A stretch of 64,000 bases of DNA, from the NCBI GenBank assembly GCA_036675475.1, contig JAKFEY010000030.1, forward strand, positions 23,893-87,892. The letters are read 5' to 3'. The position numbers were made by a program, and so were the translations under genes. The stretch comes from Vicinamibacterales bacterium (GTDB taxonomy: Bacteria > Acidobacteriota > Vicinamibacteria > Vicinamibacterales > SCN-69-37). This document shows positions 26,952-36,879 of this stretch, one piece after another. Each line of letters begins with the position of its first letter. Position 1 is the stretch's first letter. A model generated the notes under the pieces. It was not told where the DNA came from. It ran no database searches and saw only the letters and a program-made list of their open reading frames with translations.

Positions 26952-27956
26952 GTGGAGCGAAGACCCATGAAGCTGCTGAGTTTGATGGTCGCGTGCGTGT
27001 GCATGGCGGGCGCCGCGGAGGCGCAGACGGCTGCCGGCGTCATCTGGCGCGATCCCGGCCCGATAGCCTCGAAGAACCTGCTGTGGGGCAGCGGATCCGA
27101 GGACCGCGCGCCGAAGCCGCCGTTCACGTTCGTCGAGGAGAACACGAAGGGGACGACGCCGAAGATTGTGGTGAAGGATGCGGCGGGGGTGGTGTGGGAC
27201 GTGAAGTTCGAGGCCGAGGCGCACTCGGAAGTCGCGGCCAACCGGCTGATGTGGGCGTTCGGCTATCCCGTCGAGGAAATGTACTACGTGCACAACGGCG
27301 TGGTGACCGGCGTGAAGGACCTGCAGCGCAGCGGCGATCACATCGACGCGGGCGGCCGCTTCGAGAACGGCGCGCGCTTCAAGCGGCGCGACGAGGCGAT
27401 GCAGAAGACGGGTGGATGGGCGCTCGCCGACAACCCGTTCAAGGATTCGCCCGAGTTTTCGGGGCTGCTGATCATGCTGGCGCTCACCAACAACTGGGAC
27501 ACCGATCTCACGAAGAACACCGAGCTGTTCACGGTGAAGCGGCCCGATGGATCGGTGGAGCAGGTCTACATGGTGGGCGATCTGGGCGCGTCGTTCGGCC
27601 GGTTCGACGACCCGCCCAAGAAGTGGATGCTCGATCAGTACAAACAGGACAAGCTGATTGAGAGCGTGGCGCCCGACGCGATCGTGCTCAACTACCGCGC
27701 GTATGGCACGCCGCCGAAGCGCATCCCGATGGAGCACGCGCGCTGGTTCGTGAAAATGTCGTCGCAGCTGACGCGCGACCAGGTGAAGGCGGCGTTCGAC
27801 GCCGCCGGCACCCCGCCGCAGGAGATCGACGGCTTCGTCGACATGTTCATGTCGAAGCTGGCCGAGCTGCACGCGGCGGTGAAAAGCAATTCTTACGCTT
27901 TTGGGTGCGCCTTCTTGTACTGCGCGAGGAGGGTGGTGGCGTCGAGGTGGGTGTAG
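26952..27956 (+). CDS. Secreted protein, unknown function (weak atypical-kinase-like motifs)
   Basis: 334 aa. The likely start is MKLLSLMVACVCMAGAAEAQ at 26967. It has LTNNWDTDLTKN followed 20 residues later by VGDLGASFG. Its 3' 64 nt overlap the convergent xerC. Confidence 0.6.
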   Translation: MERRPMKLLSLMVACVCMAGAAEAQTAAGVIWRDPGPIASKNLLWGSGSEDRAPKPPFTFVEENTKGTTPKIVVKDAAGVVWDVKFEAEAHSEVAANRLMWAFGYPVEEMYYVHNGVVTGVKDLQRSGDHIDAGGRFENGARFKRRDEAMQKTGGWALADNPFKDSPEFSGLLIMLALTNNWDTDLTKNTELFTVKRPDGSVEQVYMVGDLGASFGRFDDPPKKWMLDQYKQDKLIESVAPDAIVLNYRAYGTPPKRIPMEHARWFVKMSSQLTRDQVKAAFDAAGTPPQEIDGFVDMFMSKLAELHAAVKSNSYAFGCAFLYCARRVVASRWV

Positions 27957-28843
27957 CGCTGCGTGGTGCTGAGGCGCGAGTGGCCGAGCAGCTCCTGGAT
28001 GGCGCGCAGGTCGGCGCCGGCCTGCAGCAGGTGCGTCGCGAATGAATGCCGCAGCGCGTGCGGGCTCACGCCGAGGCGCGTGGCCGCCTCGCGCGCATAG
28101 CGGCGCACCACCCGATCGACACTGCGCGTCGACAGCCGGCCGCCGCGGTAGTTCAGGAACAACGGATCGGTTGTTGGTTGTTGGTTGCTGGTTGCTGGTC
28201 TGTTGCGCTGTTTCGCTGCGGGCGGCACGGGCACCGCGCCGCCCCTGTGCTTCAAGTACGCCTTGATCGCCTTCGCGGTGGAGTTGTTGAACGGGACGAT
28301 CCGTTCCTTCCCGCCTTTGCCGGCGACGCGGACGACGCGCGCCGACAGGTTCAGGTCTTCGAGATCGATCCCCACCAGCTCGCTGAGCCGCAGGCCCGAC
28401 GCATAGAACAGCTCGAGGATCGCGCGGTCGCGCCGGCCGAGCGGCGTGGACACGTCGGCCGCCTCGATCATGCCGACGACTTCCTTCGTGTCGAGATGCG
28501 TGGGCAGCTTCTGCTCCACCTTCGGCGCGCCCACCAGCAACGCGGGGTCGGCGTCGATGTGGCCTTCGCGCAGCAGCCAGCGGCCGAACGCGCGCAGCGC
28601 GCTGACGCGGCGCGCCACCGACGCGCGCGAGCTGCCGCGGCGGTGCAGCGAATCCAGAAACGCCCGCACCGCCTGCGCGTCAATCGCGCGGGGATCGATG
28701 GCCGACGCCGGCTTCGACAGATGGCCGGTCAGAAACTCGAGGTACTGCGAGAGATCGGAGTCGTAGGCGCGCAGCGTGTGCGGCGACAGATTGCGGTTGA
28801 GACGCAAGTGATCAAGGAACTGTTTCAGGTGTTCCTTGATCAC
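27893..28843 (-). CDS. xerC: Tyrosine site-specific recombinase XerC/XerD family
   Basis: GTG at 28843 ([31 protein letters not shown]) inside ORF 27893..29371. Catalytic motifs seen: [25 protein letters not shown] and [14 protein letters not shown]. Confidence 0.9.
   Translation of the reverse strand: MIKEHLKQFLDHLRLNRNLSPHTLRAYDSDLSQYLEFLTGHLSKPASAIDPRAIDAQAVRAFLDSLHRRGSSRASVARRVSALRAFGRWLLREGHIDADPALLVGAPKVEQKLPTHLDTKEVVGMIEAADVSTPLGRRDRAILELFYASGLRLSELVGIDLEDLNLSARVVRVAGKGGKERIVPFNNSTAKAIKAYLKHRGGAVPVPPAAKQRNRPATSNQQPTTDPLFLNYRGGRLSTRSVDRVVRRYAREAATRLGVSPHALRHSFATHLLQAGADLRAIQELLGHSRLSTTQRYTHLDATTLLAQYKKAHPKA
28169..28203. repeat. Heptanucleotide microsatellite (GGTTGTT)2(GGTTGCT)2 plus a degenerate unit, inside xerC coding sequence
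   Basis: Read directly: ggttgtt ggttgtt ggttgct ggttgct ggtctgt. It encodes the low-complexity insert ...[12 protein letters not shown]... in XerC. Confidence 0.85.
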
Positions 28844-28848
28844 TTGCG
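28803..28848. repeat. Perfect 18-bp inverted repeat with a 10-nt spacer, covering the xerC GTG start and the trmFO TGA stop
   Basis: cgcaagtgatcaaggaac (28803-28820), spacer tgtttcaggt, then gttccttgatcacttgcg (28831-48). The arms are exact reverse complements. Confidence 0.92.
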
Positions 28849-30276
28849 GACTCCAGGCTCCAGGCTCCAGGCCCCAGCAGACTCCGGGTCCCTGGAGTCC
28901 CCTGGAGTCTGGAGCCTGGGGTCTGGAGCCTGATGCGCCCACCGCGCCAGATCGGCAAGCGCTCTCTCCGCCATGAGCGCTTTCCGATTCGCGCGCTTCG
29001 GCGCCTCGATCGGCGCGATGATGCCGAAGGTGATGTTGGTCGGATCGTAGTGCGCCGGGTCGGCGTGCGACACGTAGTGGCCGAGCGCGCCGATGGCCGT
29101 CGTGCGCGGCGGCGCCGACGGCTCGCGGCCAAGCGCCAGCGCCGCGGCATTGCGGCCGGCAATCAGGCCCGATGCGGCCGACTCGACGTAGCCCTCGACA
29201 CCGCTCACCTGCCCCGCGATGAACAGGCCCGGCTCGCGCCGCACCTGCCACGTGTCGTCGAGCACCGTCGGCCCGTTGATGTAGGTGTTGCGATGGATCA
29301 TGCCGTAACGCACGAACTCCGCATGCTCGAGGCCGGGGATCATGCGCAGCACGCGCGCCTGCTCGCCCCACTTCATCTGCGTCTGGAATCCGACGAGGCT
29401 GTAGTGATCGCCCGCGATGGTGTCCTGCCGCAGCTGCACGACTGCGTGCGGCCAGCGGCCGGTGCGCGGGTCGTCGAGCCCCACCGGCTTCATGGGCCCG
29501 AAGCGCAGCGTGTCGCGGCCGCGCGCCGCCATCACCTCGATCGGCAGGCAGCCCTCGAAGAACTTCGGCTGATCGAACTCGTGCAGGGCCGTTTTCTCGG
29601 CCGCATTCACCGCCTCGATGAACGCGGTGTACTCCGCCTCCGTCATCGGGCAGTTCAGATAATCGCCCGGACTTTCCACCTCAGCCCCGCGGCGATCGGT
29701 CGCGGGCCCTGAAGGGCCGCGCCGCGCGTCCTTGTTCCAGCGTGACGCGCGATAGACCTTCGACATGTCGATGCTCTCGGCGAGCACGATCGGACTGATG
29801 GCGTCGTAGAAATAGAGGTGCGCTCCGCCGACCAGGGCGGCCAGCTCCTTCGAGAGCGCATCCGACGTCAGCGGCCCTGTGGCCACGATCAGCGGACGCG
29901 GCAAATCCGCAAGCCGCTCGATCTCACCACGCGCGATCGTGATGAGCGGATGCGACGCGAGCGCCGCGGTCACTTGCTCGGAGAACTTCACACGGTCGAC
30001 GGCCATGGCACCGCCTGCCGGCACGCGCGCGGCTTCGCCCGCGCGCATCACCAGCGATCCCAGCCGCCGCATTTCTTCCTTGAGCAGGCCGACGGCGTTC
30101 TCGAGGCTGTCGCCGCGGAAGGAGTTGCTGCACACCAGCTCGGCGAGCCCGTCCGTCTTGTGGACGTCGGTCTGCCGCACCGGCCGCATCTCATGGATCG
30201 TGACGGCCACGCCCATCGACGCCGCCTGCCACGCGGCCTCCGACCCGGCCAGGCCGCCGCCGATGATGTGGATCAC
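28840..30276 (-). CDS. trmFO: Methylenetetrahydrofolate--tRNA-(uracil-5-)-methyltransferase TrmFO (Gid)
   Basis: 478 aa containing [45 protein letters not shown] and GQ.SGVEGY.ES. The roughly 30-aa C-terminal tail is encoded by the heptamer repeat element. Confidence 0.93.
   Translation of the reverse strand: MIHIIGGGLAGSEAAWQAASMGVAVTIHEMRPVRQTDVHKTDGLAELVCSNSFRGDSLENAVGLLKEEMRRLGSLVMRAGEAARVPAGGAMAVDRVKFSEQVTAALASHPLITIARGEIERLADLPRPLIVATGPLTSDALSKELAALVGGAHLYFYDAISPIVLAESIDMSKVYRASRWNKDARRGPSGPATDRRGAEVESPGDYLNCPMTEAEYTAFIEAVNAAEKTALHEFDQPKFFEGCLPIEVMAARGRDTLRFGPMKPVGLDDPRTGRWPHAVVQLRQDTIAGDHYSLVGFQTQMKWGEQARVLRMIPGLEHAEFVRYGMIHRNTYINGPTVLDDTWQVRREPGLFIAGQVSGVEGYVESAASGLIAGRNAAALALGREPSAPPRTTAIGALGHYVSHADPAHYDPTNITFGIIAPIEAPKRANRKALMAERALADLARWAHQAPDPRLQTPGDSRDPESAGAWSLEPGVRK
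28848..28933. repeat. Inverted arrays of CTCCAGG-type heptamers (imperfect palindromic element) forming the 3' end of trmFO
   Basis: ggactccaggctccaggctccaggcccc...actccgggtccctggagtcccctggagtctggagcctggggtctggagcc. It is translated as ...[30 protein letters not shown]. Confidence 0.8.
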
Positions 30277-30292
30277 GTCTGGCTCCGCGCCG

Positions 30293-32734
30293 TCACGCCG
30301 TCACGGGCTCTTCGGCGAGTTCCTCGCTTCGCACGTAGTCGCAGTCTTCCGTGTTGCAAATCAGCTGGCGCCCGTGCTTCTTCGTGATCTTCTCCACGAG
30401 GAACGGCGCCTTGCACTTCGGGCACGGCTCGGGCAGCGGACGGTTCCACAGCGTGAACTCGCACTTCGGATAGTTCGCGCACCCGAAGAACACCTTGCCG
30501 CGCCGCGTCTTCTTCTCCACGACATCGCCGCCGTCGAGCGGACACGCCACACCGGTCGACTTCTGCTTCACGTACTTGCAGGCCGGATAGTTGCTGCACG
30601 CCGTGAACTCGCCGAAGCGTCCCTGCTTGATCACCAGATTGTTGCCGCACTGCGGGCACTTCTCGTCGAGCATCTGATCGGGCTTGGCCGCCGACACGCC
30701 GCCCTTCGACACGATGATCTTCCTCGTCGTCTTGCACTCCGGATAGCCGGTGCAGGCCAGGAACGGGCCGAAGCGCCCGCGCTTGACCGCCATCGGCTTG
30801 CCGCAGTTCTCGCAGACCTCCTCGAGGTTTTCGGCGTCGGGCGCGTCGCCCGTCTCGAGCTCCTTCGTGCTTTCGCACTCGGGATACGCGCTGCACGCGA
30901 GGAACAACCCGAACTTGCCCGCCTTCACCACCATCGGCGAGCCGCACTTCTCGCAGAACTCCTCGCTCGGCTGCCCTTCCTTGTAGTTGGGCATCAGCTT
31001 CGAGGCCTTCTTCAGATCCTTCTCGAACTTGCTGTAGAAGTCGGCCAGCACCGTGGCGTACTTCGCCTTGCCCTGCTCGATGCCGTCGAGCTCCTCTTCC
31101 ATCTTCGCCGTGTACTCCACGTCGAGAATGTCGTCGAACGCGGGACTCAGCAGCTTCGTCACGAGCGTGCGCCCGAGCACCGTCGGCTTGAAGCGCCCTT
31201 CGAGCTTCATGACGTAGTCGCGCGCCTGGAGCTTGCCGATGATGTCGGCATACGTGCTCGGACGGCCGATGCCGTTTTCTTCGAGCGCCTTCACCAGCGT
31301 GCCTTCGTTGTAGCGCGCCGGCGGCTGCGTGAACTTCTGCTCGGGCTTCAGCTCGTGCAGCTTCAGGCGATCGCCCTCGCTCATCGCCGGCAGCAGCGCC
31401 TTGCCCTCATCGTCGCCCGCCTCGGCGGCGTCGGGCCCCGCGCCCTCGCCGGGCTCGGCCTGCACCGCGGGCCCGCCATAGACGGCCAGCCAGCCCGCGA
31501 ACTTCGGCACGGATCCCTTCGCCTGGAACACGTAGTCGTTGGCCGTGATGTCGACCGTGGTTTCGTCGAACGTCGCGGCCGGCATCTGCGACGCGACGAA
31601 GCGGTTCCAGATCAGGCGATACAGGTAGTGCTGATCGGGCGTGAGGAACGCGCGCACCGATTCCGGGTCGTAGCGCAGCGACGTCGGCCGGATGGCTTCG
31701 TGCGCGTCCTGCACCGACGACTTCTGCTTGAAGCGGTTCGCCTTCTCGGGCAGGTAGTCGTTGCCGTACGTCGCCACGATGTGCTCGCGCACGTCGACCA
31801 GCGCGTCTTCCGAGACGCGCGTCGAGTCGGTTCGCATGTAGGTGATGAGACCAACCGCCGCCTCTTCGCCCGGCAGCTCGATGCCCTCATACAGCTGCTG
31901 CGCCAGCATCATCGTCTTCTTCACGGGGAAGCGCGACGCCTGCTGCAGTTTGCTGGTGATGAACGGCGGAACCGCGTTCTTCTTGCGTTCCCTGGTGACG
32001 ACCGAGGTGACGGTCCAGTCGGCGGCGTCGAGCGCCGCGAGCACGGCGTTGGATTCCGCCTCGTTGCCGATGCGGAAGTCCTTCGCCGCTTCGCCGGCGC
32101 GTTTGATCAGCTTCGCGTCGAACTCGATGCCGTTCGCCGACAGCCGCGCGATCAGGTTCCAGTATTCCTCGGGCGTGAACGCGTCGATCTCGGCTTCCCG
32201 ATCGCAGATCAGCTTGAGCGCCACCGACTGCACGCGGCCGGCGCTGAGGCCGCGGCGCACCTTGTCCCACAGCAGCGGGCTGATCTTGTAGCCCACGAGC
32301 CGATCGATCACGCGCCGCGCCTGCTGCGCGTCGACCATGTTCTGATCGATCTCCATCGGATGCTTGACGGCCTCGAGAATCGCCTTCTTGGTGATCTCGT
32401 TGAACATCAGGCGGCGAATCTTCTTCTTGTTCGCCTTGCCGAGCTCCTCGGCCAGGTGCCAGCCGATGGCCTCGCCTTCGCGGTCGGGGTCGGTCGCGAC
32501 GAAAATTTCGTCGGCCTTCTTGCCCTCGTCCTTGATCTGCTTGATCACCTTGGCGCGAGACGCGATCACCTCGTATTCAGGCGTGAAGTCATCGTCCACG
32601 TCGACGCCGATGCGGCTTTTCGGCAGGTCGCGCACGTGGCCCATCGAGGCCACGACCTTGTAGTTCCTGCCGAGATATTTGTTGATCGTCTTCGCCTTGG
32701 CGGGCGATTCGACGATCACGAGTCCTTTTGCCAT
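30293..32734 (-). CDS. topA: DNA topoisomerase I with C-terminal zinc-ribbon repeats
   Basis: 813 aa: [22 protein letters not shown] (Toprim), the active-site region YMRTDSTR, and several C-x2-C...C-x2-C zinc fingers ([32 protein letters not shown]). Confidence 0.97.
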   Translation of the reverse strand: MAKGLVIVESPAKAKTINKYLGRNYKVVASMGHVRDLPKSRIGVDVDDDFTPEYEVIASRAKVIKQIKDEGKKADEIFVATDPDREGEAIGWHLAEELGKANKKKIRRLMFNEITKKAILEAVKHPMEIDQNMVDAQQARRVIDRLVGYKISPLLWDKVRRGLSAGRVQSVALKLICDREAEIDAFTPEEYWNLIARLSANGIEFDAKLIKRAGEAAKDFRIGNEAESNAVLAALDAADWTVTSVVTRERKKNAVPPFITSKLQQASRFPVKKTMMLAQQLYEGIELPGEEAAVGLITYMRTDSTRVSEDALVDVREHIVATYGNDYLPEKANRFKQKSSVQDAHEAIRPTSLRYDPESVRAFLTPDQHYLYRLIWNRFVASQMPAATFDETTVDITANDYVFQAKGSVPKFAGWLAVYGGPAVQAEPGEGAGPDAAEAGDDEGKALLPAMSEGDRLKLHELKPEQKFTQPPARYNEGTLVKALEENGIGRPSTYADIIGKLQARDYVMKLEGRFKPTVLGRTLVTKLLSPAFDDILDVEYTAKMEEELDGIEQGKAKYATVLADFYSKFEKDLKKASKLMPNYKEGQPSEEFCEKCGSPMVVKAGKFGLFLACSAYPECESTKELETGDAPDAENLEEVCENCGKPMAVKRGRFGPFLACTGYPECKTTRKIIVSKGGVSAAKPDQMLDEKCPQCGNNLVIKQGRFGEFTACSNYPACKYVKQKSTGVACPLDGGDVVEKKTRRGKVFFGCANYPKCEFTLWNRPLPEPCPKCKAPFLVEKITKKHGRQLICNTEDCDYVRSEELAEEPVTA

Positions 32735-32741
32735 GTGTTGG

Positions 32742-33791
32742 TTACTTTCTCTCTAACCTTTTACCACCGACCCACACGTAACGCCCGCCGGCCAGCCGCT
32801 GGGCCTTGCCGTCGAGCTCGAGCCTGGTCAGGGCGCCGAGCAGCGTGTCTGCCGCGCCCGGCGCCTGCCGTGTCAGCTCATCGATATCGATGCCGGTCAC
32901 GCCGGCTTCATACAGCGCCGATTCGAGCGGCCCCTCGGGACTGCCCGGATCTGCACATCCCGTCGCGGGCCTGCCTGCCAGCCCAAGGGCATCGAGGATA
33001 TCGGCCGCACTCTCGACCGGCATTGCCCCATCCTTAATTAGGGCGTGCGCGCCGCTGTTCCGGCCGTGCAGCACGCTGCCCGGCACCGCCATCACCTCGC
33101 GCCCCTGCTCCAGCGCCATCCGGGCCGTAATCAGCGACCCGCTCTTCTGTGACGCCTCGACCACGACAACCGCCCGCGACAGCCCGCTGATGATGCGGTT
33201 GCGCCTCGGAAAATGGCCCGGATACGGCGGCGACCCCGGCGGCAGCTCGCTTACCAGCAGCCCGTGCGCCGCAATCCGCGCCGCAAGCTCCCCATGCTCG
33301 TGCGGATAGACGACATCGACGCCCGTGCCGAGCACGGCAATCGTCCGCCCGCCGGCGGCCAGGCAGGCCTCGTGCGCCGCCCCATCCACGCCCCTCGCCA
33401 TCCCGCTGGTGACGATCAGGCCGGCATCGGCCAGCCCGGCAGCCAGGGCCCGCGCCACCTGCCTCGCATACTGAGACGCCGATCGGGATCCCACGATGGC
33501 GACAGACGTCTGTTCGAGAACGGTCAGGTCGCCCCGGACCCACAGCACCGGCGGCGGGTCGGGCACCATCCGAAGCCAGGCAGGATAACGCGAATGGCTC
33601 CAGTCGAGGGTCACGATGAGGTCGTCAGGGTCCACAACTGCTCCCCTGAGGACAGGATTTCGAAAGCCCTCGTCGAAAACCGAAAGGGCCGGTACACCCT
33701 GTCCCCGGTCAAAGGAACTGGTGTCCGACCCTGTCTGCCAGTATAGGCACCGGCTTTCGAAAGACGCAAGCCGTCCTATGATCGGAGGCAT
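32742..33791 (-). CDS. dprA: DNA processing protein DprA (Smf)
   Basis: Motifs seen: VAIVGSRSAS.YA, SGMARGVDGAAH, IAVLGTGVD..YP, HFPRRNRIISGLS and VVVEA..KSGSLITA. The exact start is uncertain. Confidence 0.85.
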   Translation of the reverse strand: MPPIIGRLASFESRCLYWQTGSDTSSFDRGQGVPALSVFDEGFRNPVLRGAVVDPDDLIVTLDWSHSRYPAWLRMVPDPPPVLWVRGDLTVLEQTSVAIVGSRSASQYARQVARALAAGLADAGLIVTSGMARGVDGAAHEACLAAGGRTIAVLGTGVDVVYPHEHGELAARIAAHGLLVSELPPGSPPYPGHFPRRNRIISGLSRAVVVVEASQKSGSLITARMALEQGREVMAVPGSVLHGRNSGAHALIKDGAMPVESAADILDALGLAGRPATGCADPGSPEGPLESALYEAGVTGIDIDELTRQAPGAADTLLGALTRLELDGKAQRLAGGRYVWVGGKRLERK

Positions 33792-33841
33792 TCGACTTGC
33801 AGCGTGCGCGGAGTATAGTGGGCGATGTTCCCGAGGTGCCT

Positions 33842-34219
33842 ATGAAATTGCGCGTGATCTCCGCGTGGCTGGCCGTCATCGTCACGCTTGGAGTTGCGGC
33901 TCCCCTGTCGGCTCCGCTGTATGGGTATGACCAGCGATCCGACGCCGAAGCGCAGGTCGACTTCGGCATCAAAGTCGCGCAGAAGAAACTCTGGCGCGAA
34001 GCGACCTACCGCTTCGAGAAGGCAGTCGAGATCGACCCCACCTATCCCGCGGCGTGGAACAACCTGGCCATCGCGTACGAAGAGCAGGGCAAGTTTCCCG
34101 AAGCGAACAAGGCGTACGAGAAGGCCGTCGAGCTCGATCCCGACAACGTCCTGATTCGGCAGAACTTCGATCTGTTCAAGGAAATTTATGATCGCATCGC
34201 GCGCCGCAACCGCCGTTAG
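33842..34219 (+). CDS. Secreted TPR-repeat protein
   Basis: Starts at MKLRVISAWLAVIVTLGVAAP (33842). The TPR-like region is REATYRFEKAVEIDPTYPAAWNNLAIAYEEQGKFPEANKAYEKAVELDPDN. Confidence 0.7.
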   Translation: MKLRVISAWLAVIVTLGVAAPLSAPLYGYDQRSDAEAQVDFGIKVAQKKLWREATYRFEKAVEIDPTYPAAWNNLAIAYEEQGKFPEANKAYEKAVELDPDNVLIRQNFDLFKEIYDRIARRNRR

Positions 34220-34997
34220 CCTGGTGCTCGCCGGCGCCCTCACGGCCGGCTGCTCGAGCTTCTATGAGATCGGCATCGAGACGCCGATTCAGCCGAAGCT
34301 GGATACGTCCGCGTTTCAGCGCGTGCTCGTCGTCGGCTTCGTCGGCGGCGGCAGCAACGACGTGGACGCGAACATGGAAACCGTGCGGCTGCTGCGCAGC
34401 CAGTTGCGCACGCGCTCGCAGCTGAAAGTGATCGAGGCCGAAGTCGTGCCGCTGGCCGACGTGGTCGAGCGCACGCGCGGCGAGGCCGCGCCGGCGGTTG
34501 ATCCGGCCGCGGCTCCGGCCACGCCGCCCGTCAATGCCGCGGGACAAACCGCCACCGAGGCCGGCATCGGCAGCGAGAAGGAGCTCGAAAGCTACGAGCA
34601 GATCTTCGCCGACGTGGCGTACTGGAAGAAGCTGGGCGAGGAATATCAGGCGCCGCTCATCATCACCGGCACCGTCTTTTTCGCGCCCATCAACAAGAGC
34701 GGCATCGTCGAGCGCAGCCAGGAAACGTCCGACGCGTTCGGCCGCCGGCAGATCGGCACCGTGCGGCAGTGGATGGAGCGCAAAGGCTACACGCTGGTGC
34801 CCAAGCTCGTCTTCATCGACGGCCGCACCGGCACCACGCTCTATTCCGAGAGCGTGCGCGAAGAAATCCTCTACGAGGCGTCGCAGAACACCCCGGCCCT
34901 GTCGGCCTATTTCGAGCTGATGGACCGCTACCTGCCGAGCTTCCTGAGCGCCCTGAGCTCCCAGAAGATTCGGGGCACGAGGGTGCTGCTCAAGTAG
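34188..34997 (+). CDS. Lipoprotein, unknown function
   Basis: 269 aa with a signal plus lipobox (LTAGCSS). It overlaps the TPR gene by 32 nt. Confidence 0.6.
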   Translation: MIASRAATAVSLVLAGALTAGCSSFYEIGIETPIQPKLDTSAFQRVLVVGFVGGGSNDVDANMETVRLLRSQLRTRSQLKVIEAEVVPLADVVERTRGEAAPAVDPAAAPATPPVNAAGQTATEAGIGSEKELESYEQIFADVAYWKKLGEEYQAPLIITGTVFFAPINKSGIVERSQETSDAFGRRQIGTVRQWMERKGYTLVPKLVFIDGRTGTTLYSESVREEILYEASQNTPALSAYFELMDRYLPSFLSALSSQKIRGTRVLLK

Positions 34998-35046
34998 GCC
35001 AGAGACCAGAGGCCCCTGGCCCCTGGCCCCTTGACCTCTGGCCTGT
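34998..35046. repeat. Heptamer-array element (GRCCAGA)2(GGCCCCT)3...tctggcc immediately after a stop codon
   Basis: Read directly: gccagagaccagaggcccctggcccctggccccttgacctctggcctg. The terminal ggccaga/tctggcc can pair. Confidence 0.75.
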
Positions 35047-35105
35047 CTGTCCCCCCTGTGCTATCCTTAACCCTTTCTACTGAGCGACTTTAAGGACACA
35101 AAGAC

Positions 35106-35420
35106 ATGTTCGCGATCATTGAGAGCGGCGGCCGTCAGGTGAAGGTCGGCAAGGGCGACGTCGTCACGGTTGACCGGGTTGACGCCAAGCCGGGCGAGGA
35201 AGTCACGCTCGAGCAGGTGCTGTTCCTGGAGAACGGCCAGGGCGATTTCGTGGCCGGCACGCCGTTCGTGCCCAACGCGAAGATTCTGGCGGTGGTCGAC
35301 GGCGAAGAGCGCGGCCCCAAGATTCGCATCTTCAAGAAGAAGCGCCGCAAGGGCATGCGCCGGACCAAGGGCTTCCGGTCCACGCTCACGAAGCTTCGCA
35401 TCACGGATATCAAGGTCTAA
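35106..35420 (+). CDS. rplU: 50S ribosomal protein L21
   Basis: 104 aa: [14 protein letters not shown]...V.VDR......G..V.L..VL... Confidence 0.95.
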   Translation: MFAIIESGGRQVKVGKGDVVTVDRVDAKPGEEVTLEQVLFLENGQGDFVAGTPFVPNAKILAVVDGEERGPKIRIFKKKRRKGMRRTKGFRSTLTKLRITDIKV

Positions 35421-35433
35421 AGGTCTCGAAGAC

Positions 35434-35691
35434 ATGGCTACCAAGAAGGGTCAGGGAAGTTCACGCAACGGGCGCGACTCGAACGCGCAGCGGCTCGGCG
35501 TCAAGCGGCATGACGGCAACATCGTCACGGGCGGCTCGATTCTGGTGCGGCAGCGCGGACGCAAGTTCCAGCCTGGGCTCAACGTCGGCCTCGGCAAGGA
35601 CGACACGCTTTTCGCGAAAATCGACGGACGGGTGAAGTTCGAGGATCACGGCGCGCGCGGCCGCCGCATCAGCATTCATCCCGTCGAGTAA
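35434..35691 (+). CDS. rpmA: 50S ribosomal protein L27
   Basis: ATG at 35434 inside ORF 35170..35691: [61 protein letters not shown]. Confidence 0.95.
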   Translation: MATKKGQGSSRNGRDSNAQRLGVKRHDGNIVTGGSILVRQRGRKFQPGLNVGLGKDDTLFAKIDGRVKFEDHGARGRRISIHPVE

Positions 35692-35697
35692 CCGGCG

Positions 35698-36879
35698 GTG
35701 TTCGTCGACGAAGTCGACATTCACGTCAAGGCCGGCGACGGCGGCAGCGGCTGCATGGCGTTCCGGCGCGAGAAGTTCGTGCCGCGCGGCGGCCCGAGCG
35801 GCGGCAACGGCGGGCACGGCGGCTCGATTTATCTGGTCGCCAGCCCGCATCACAACACCCTCGTCACCTACCGATTCCATCCCGAGTTCAAGGCCGAGCG
35901 CGGCCGCCACGGCGAAGGCTCGAACCGCACCGGCGCGGGCGGCAACGACATGGAGCTCGCGGTGCCGCCCGGCACCGTCGTGTACGAAGAAACCCCTGAC
36001 GGCCCGATCTTTCTCGCGGACCTGACCGAGGTCGGCCAGCGCGTGCTCGTCGCGCGCGGCGGCAACGGCGGGCGCGGCAACGCGGAGTTCGCGACGGCAA
36101 CCAATCGCGCGCCGCGGCGCTGCGAGCCGGGATGGCCGGGCGAAGAGCGCCGCCTCAAGCTGCGCCTGAAGCTGCTCGCCGACGTCGGCCTTGTGGGCTA
36201 TCCGAACGCCGGCAAGTCCACCCTGATCTCGCGCATCTCCGCGGCGCGGCCGAAGATCGCCGACTATCCCTTCACCACGCTCACGCCGAATCTTGGTGTC
36301 GTCGCCCTGTCGGGCGATCGCGGCTTCGTCGTGGCCGACGTGCCCGGATTGATCGAAGGCGCGCACGAGGGATCGGGTCTCGGCCATCAGTTTCTCAGCC
36401 ACCTCGAACGCACGAAGGTGCTCGTGCACGTGATCGACATGTCGGAGACCGGGCGCGATCCGGTGCAGGACTTCGAGATCATCAATCGCGAGCTCTCGCT
36501 GTGGGCCGGACGCGGCGACGAAACCGCGGTGGCACTCGCCGACAAGCCGCGGCTCGCGGCGGCGAACAAGATCGACGCGATGCCCGACAAGAAGGCGCTC
36601 GAGAAACTGAAGAAGCACCTGAAGAAGCAGGGCGTGCCGCTGTTCGCGATTTCGGCCGCCACCGGCGACGGCCTGCAGCCGCTGCTCGAGGCGATGTGGA
36701 AGGAAGTCGGTCCCCTGCTGCCCCCACCGTCGGAGCAGGAAACGGTGCGCCTCAAGCCGTCCGCGATAGCGGAAGCGAGCGAAACGGAGGGAGGCGGTGC
36801 CGCCGAGCGAGTGGAGCGAGCCGGGGTCCGGGGCAGAGCCCCGGGAAATCAAGACAACCCGGGAGACGACGGGGCGTGA
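35698..36879 (+). CDS. obg: GTPase Obg/CgtA
   Basis: 393 aa with a GTG start: [46 protein letters not shown]1 GYPNAGKST and G3 [10 protein letters not shown]. Confidence 0.95.
   Translation: MFVDEVDIHVKAGDGGSGCMAFRREKFVPRGGPSGGNGGHGGSIYLVASPHHNTLVTYRFHPEFKAERGRHGEGSNRTGAGGNDMELAVPPGTVVYEETPDGPIFLADLTEVGQRVLVARGGNGGRGNAEFATATNRAPRRCEPGWPGEERRLKLRLKLLADVGLVGYPNAGKSTLISRISAARPKIADYPFTTLTPNLGVVALSGDRGFVVADVPGLIEGAHEGSGLGHQFLSHLERTKVLVHVIDMSETGRDPVQDFEIINRELSLWAGRGDETAVALADKPRLAAANKIDAMPDKKALEKLKKHLKKQGVPLFAISAATGDGLQPLLEAMWKEVGPLLPPPSEQETVRLKPSAIAEASETEGGGAAERVERAGVRGRAPGNQDNPGDDGA

Noticed and set aside
28803-28848. dif (Xer recombination) site at the xerC start
   Set aside because: dif sites have about 11-bp imperfect arms around a 6-bp spacer. 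This repeat has 18-bp perfect arms with a 10-nt spacer and lies inside coding sequence, so it was kept as an RNA hairpin or operator candidate instead.
29879-33037. 1052-aa ORF on the + strand, the longest ORF in the window
   Set aside because: It is antisense to trmFO, topA and dprA, all of which have unmistakable signatures. Its composition is a low-complexity R/A/L/E mirror of those genes, so it is a shadow ORF.
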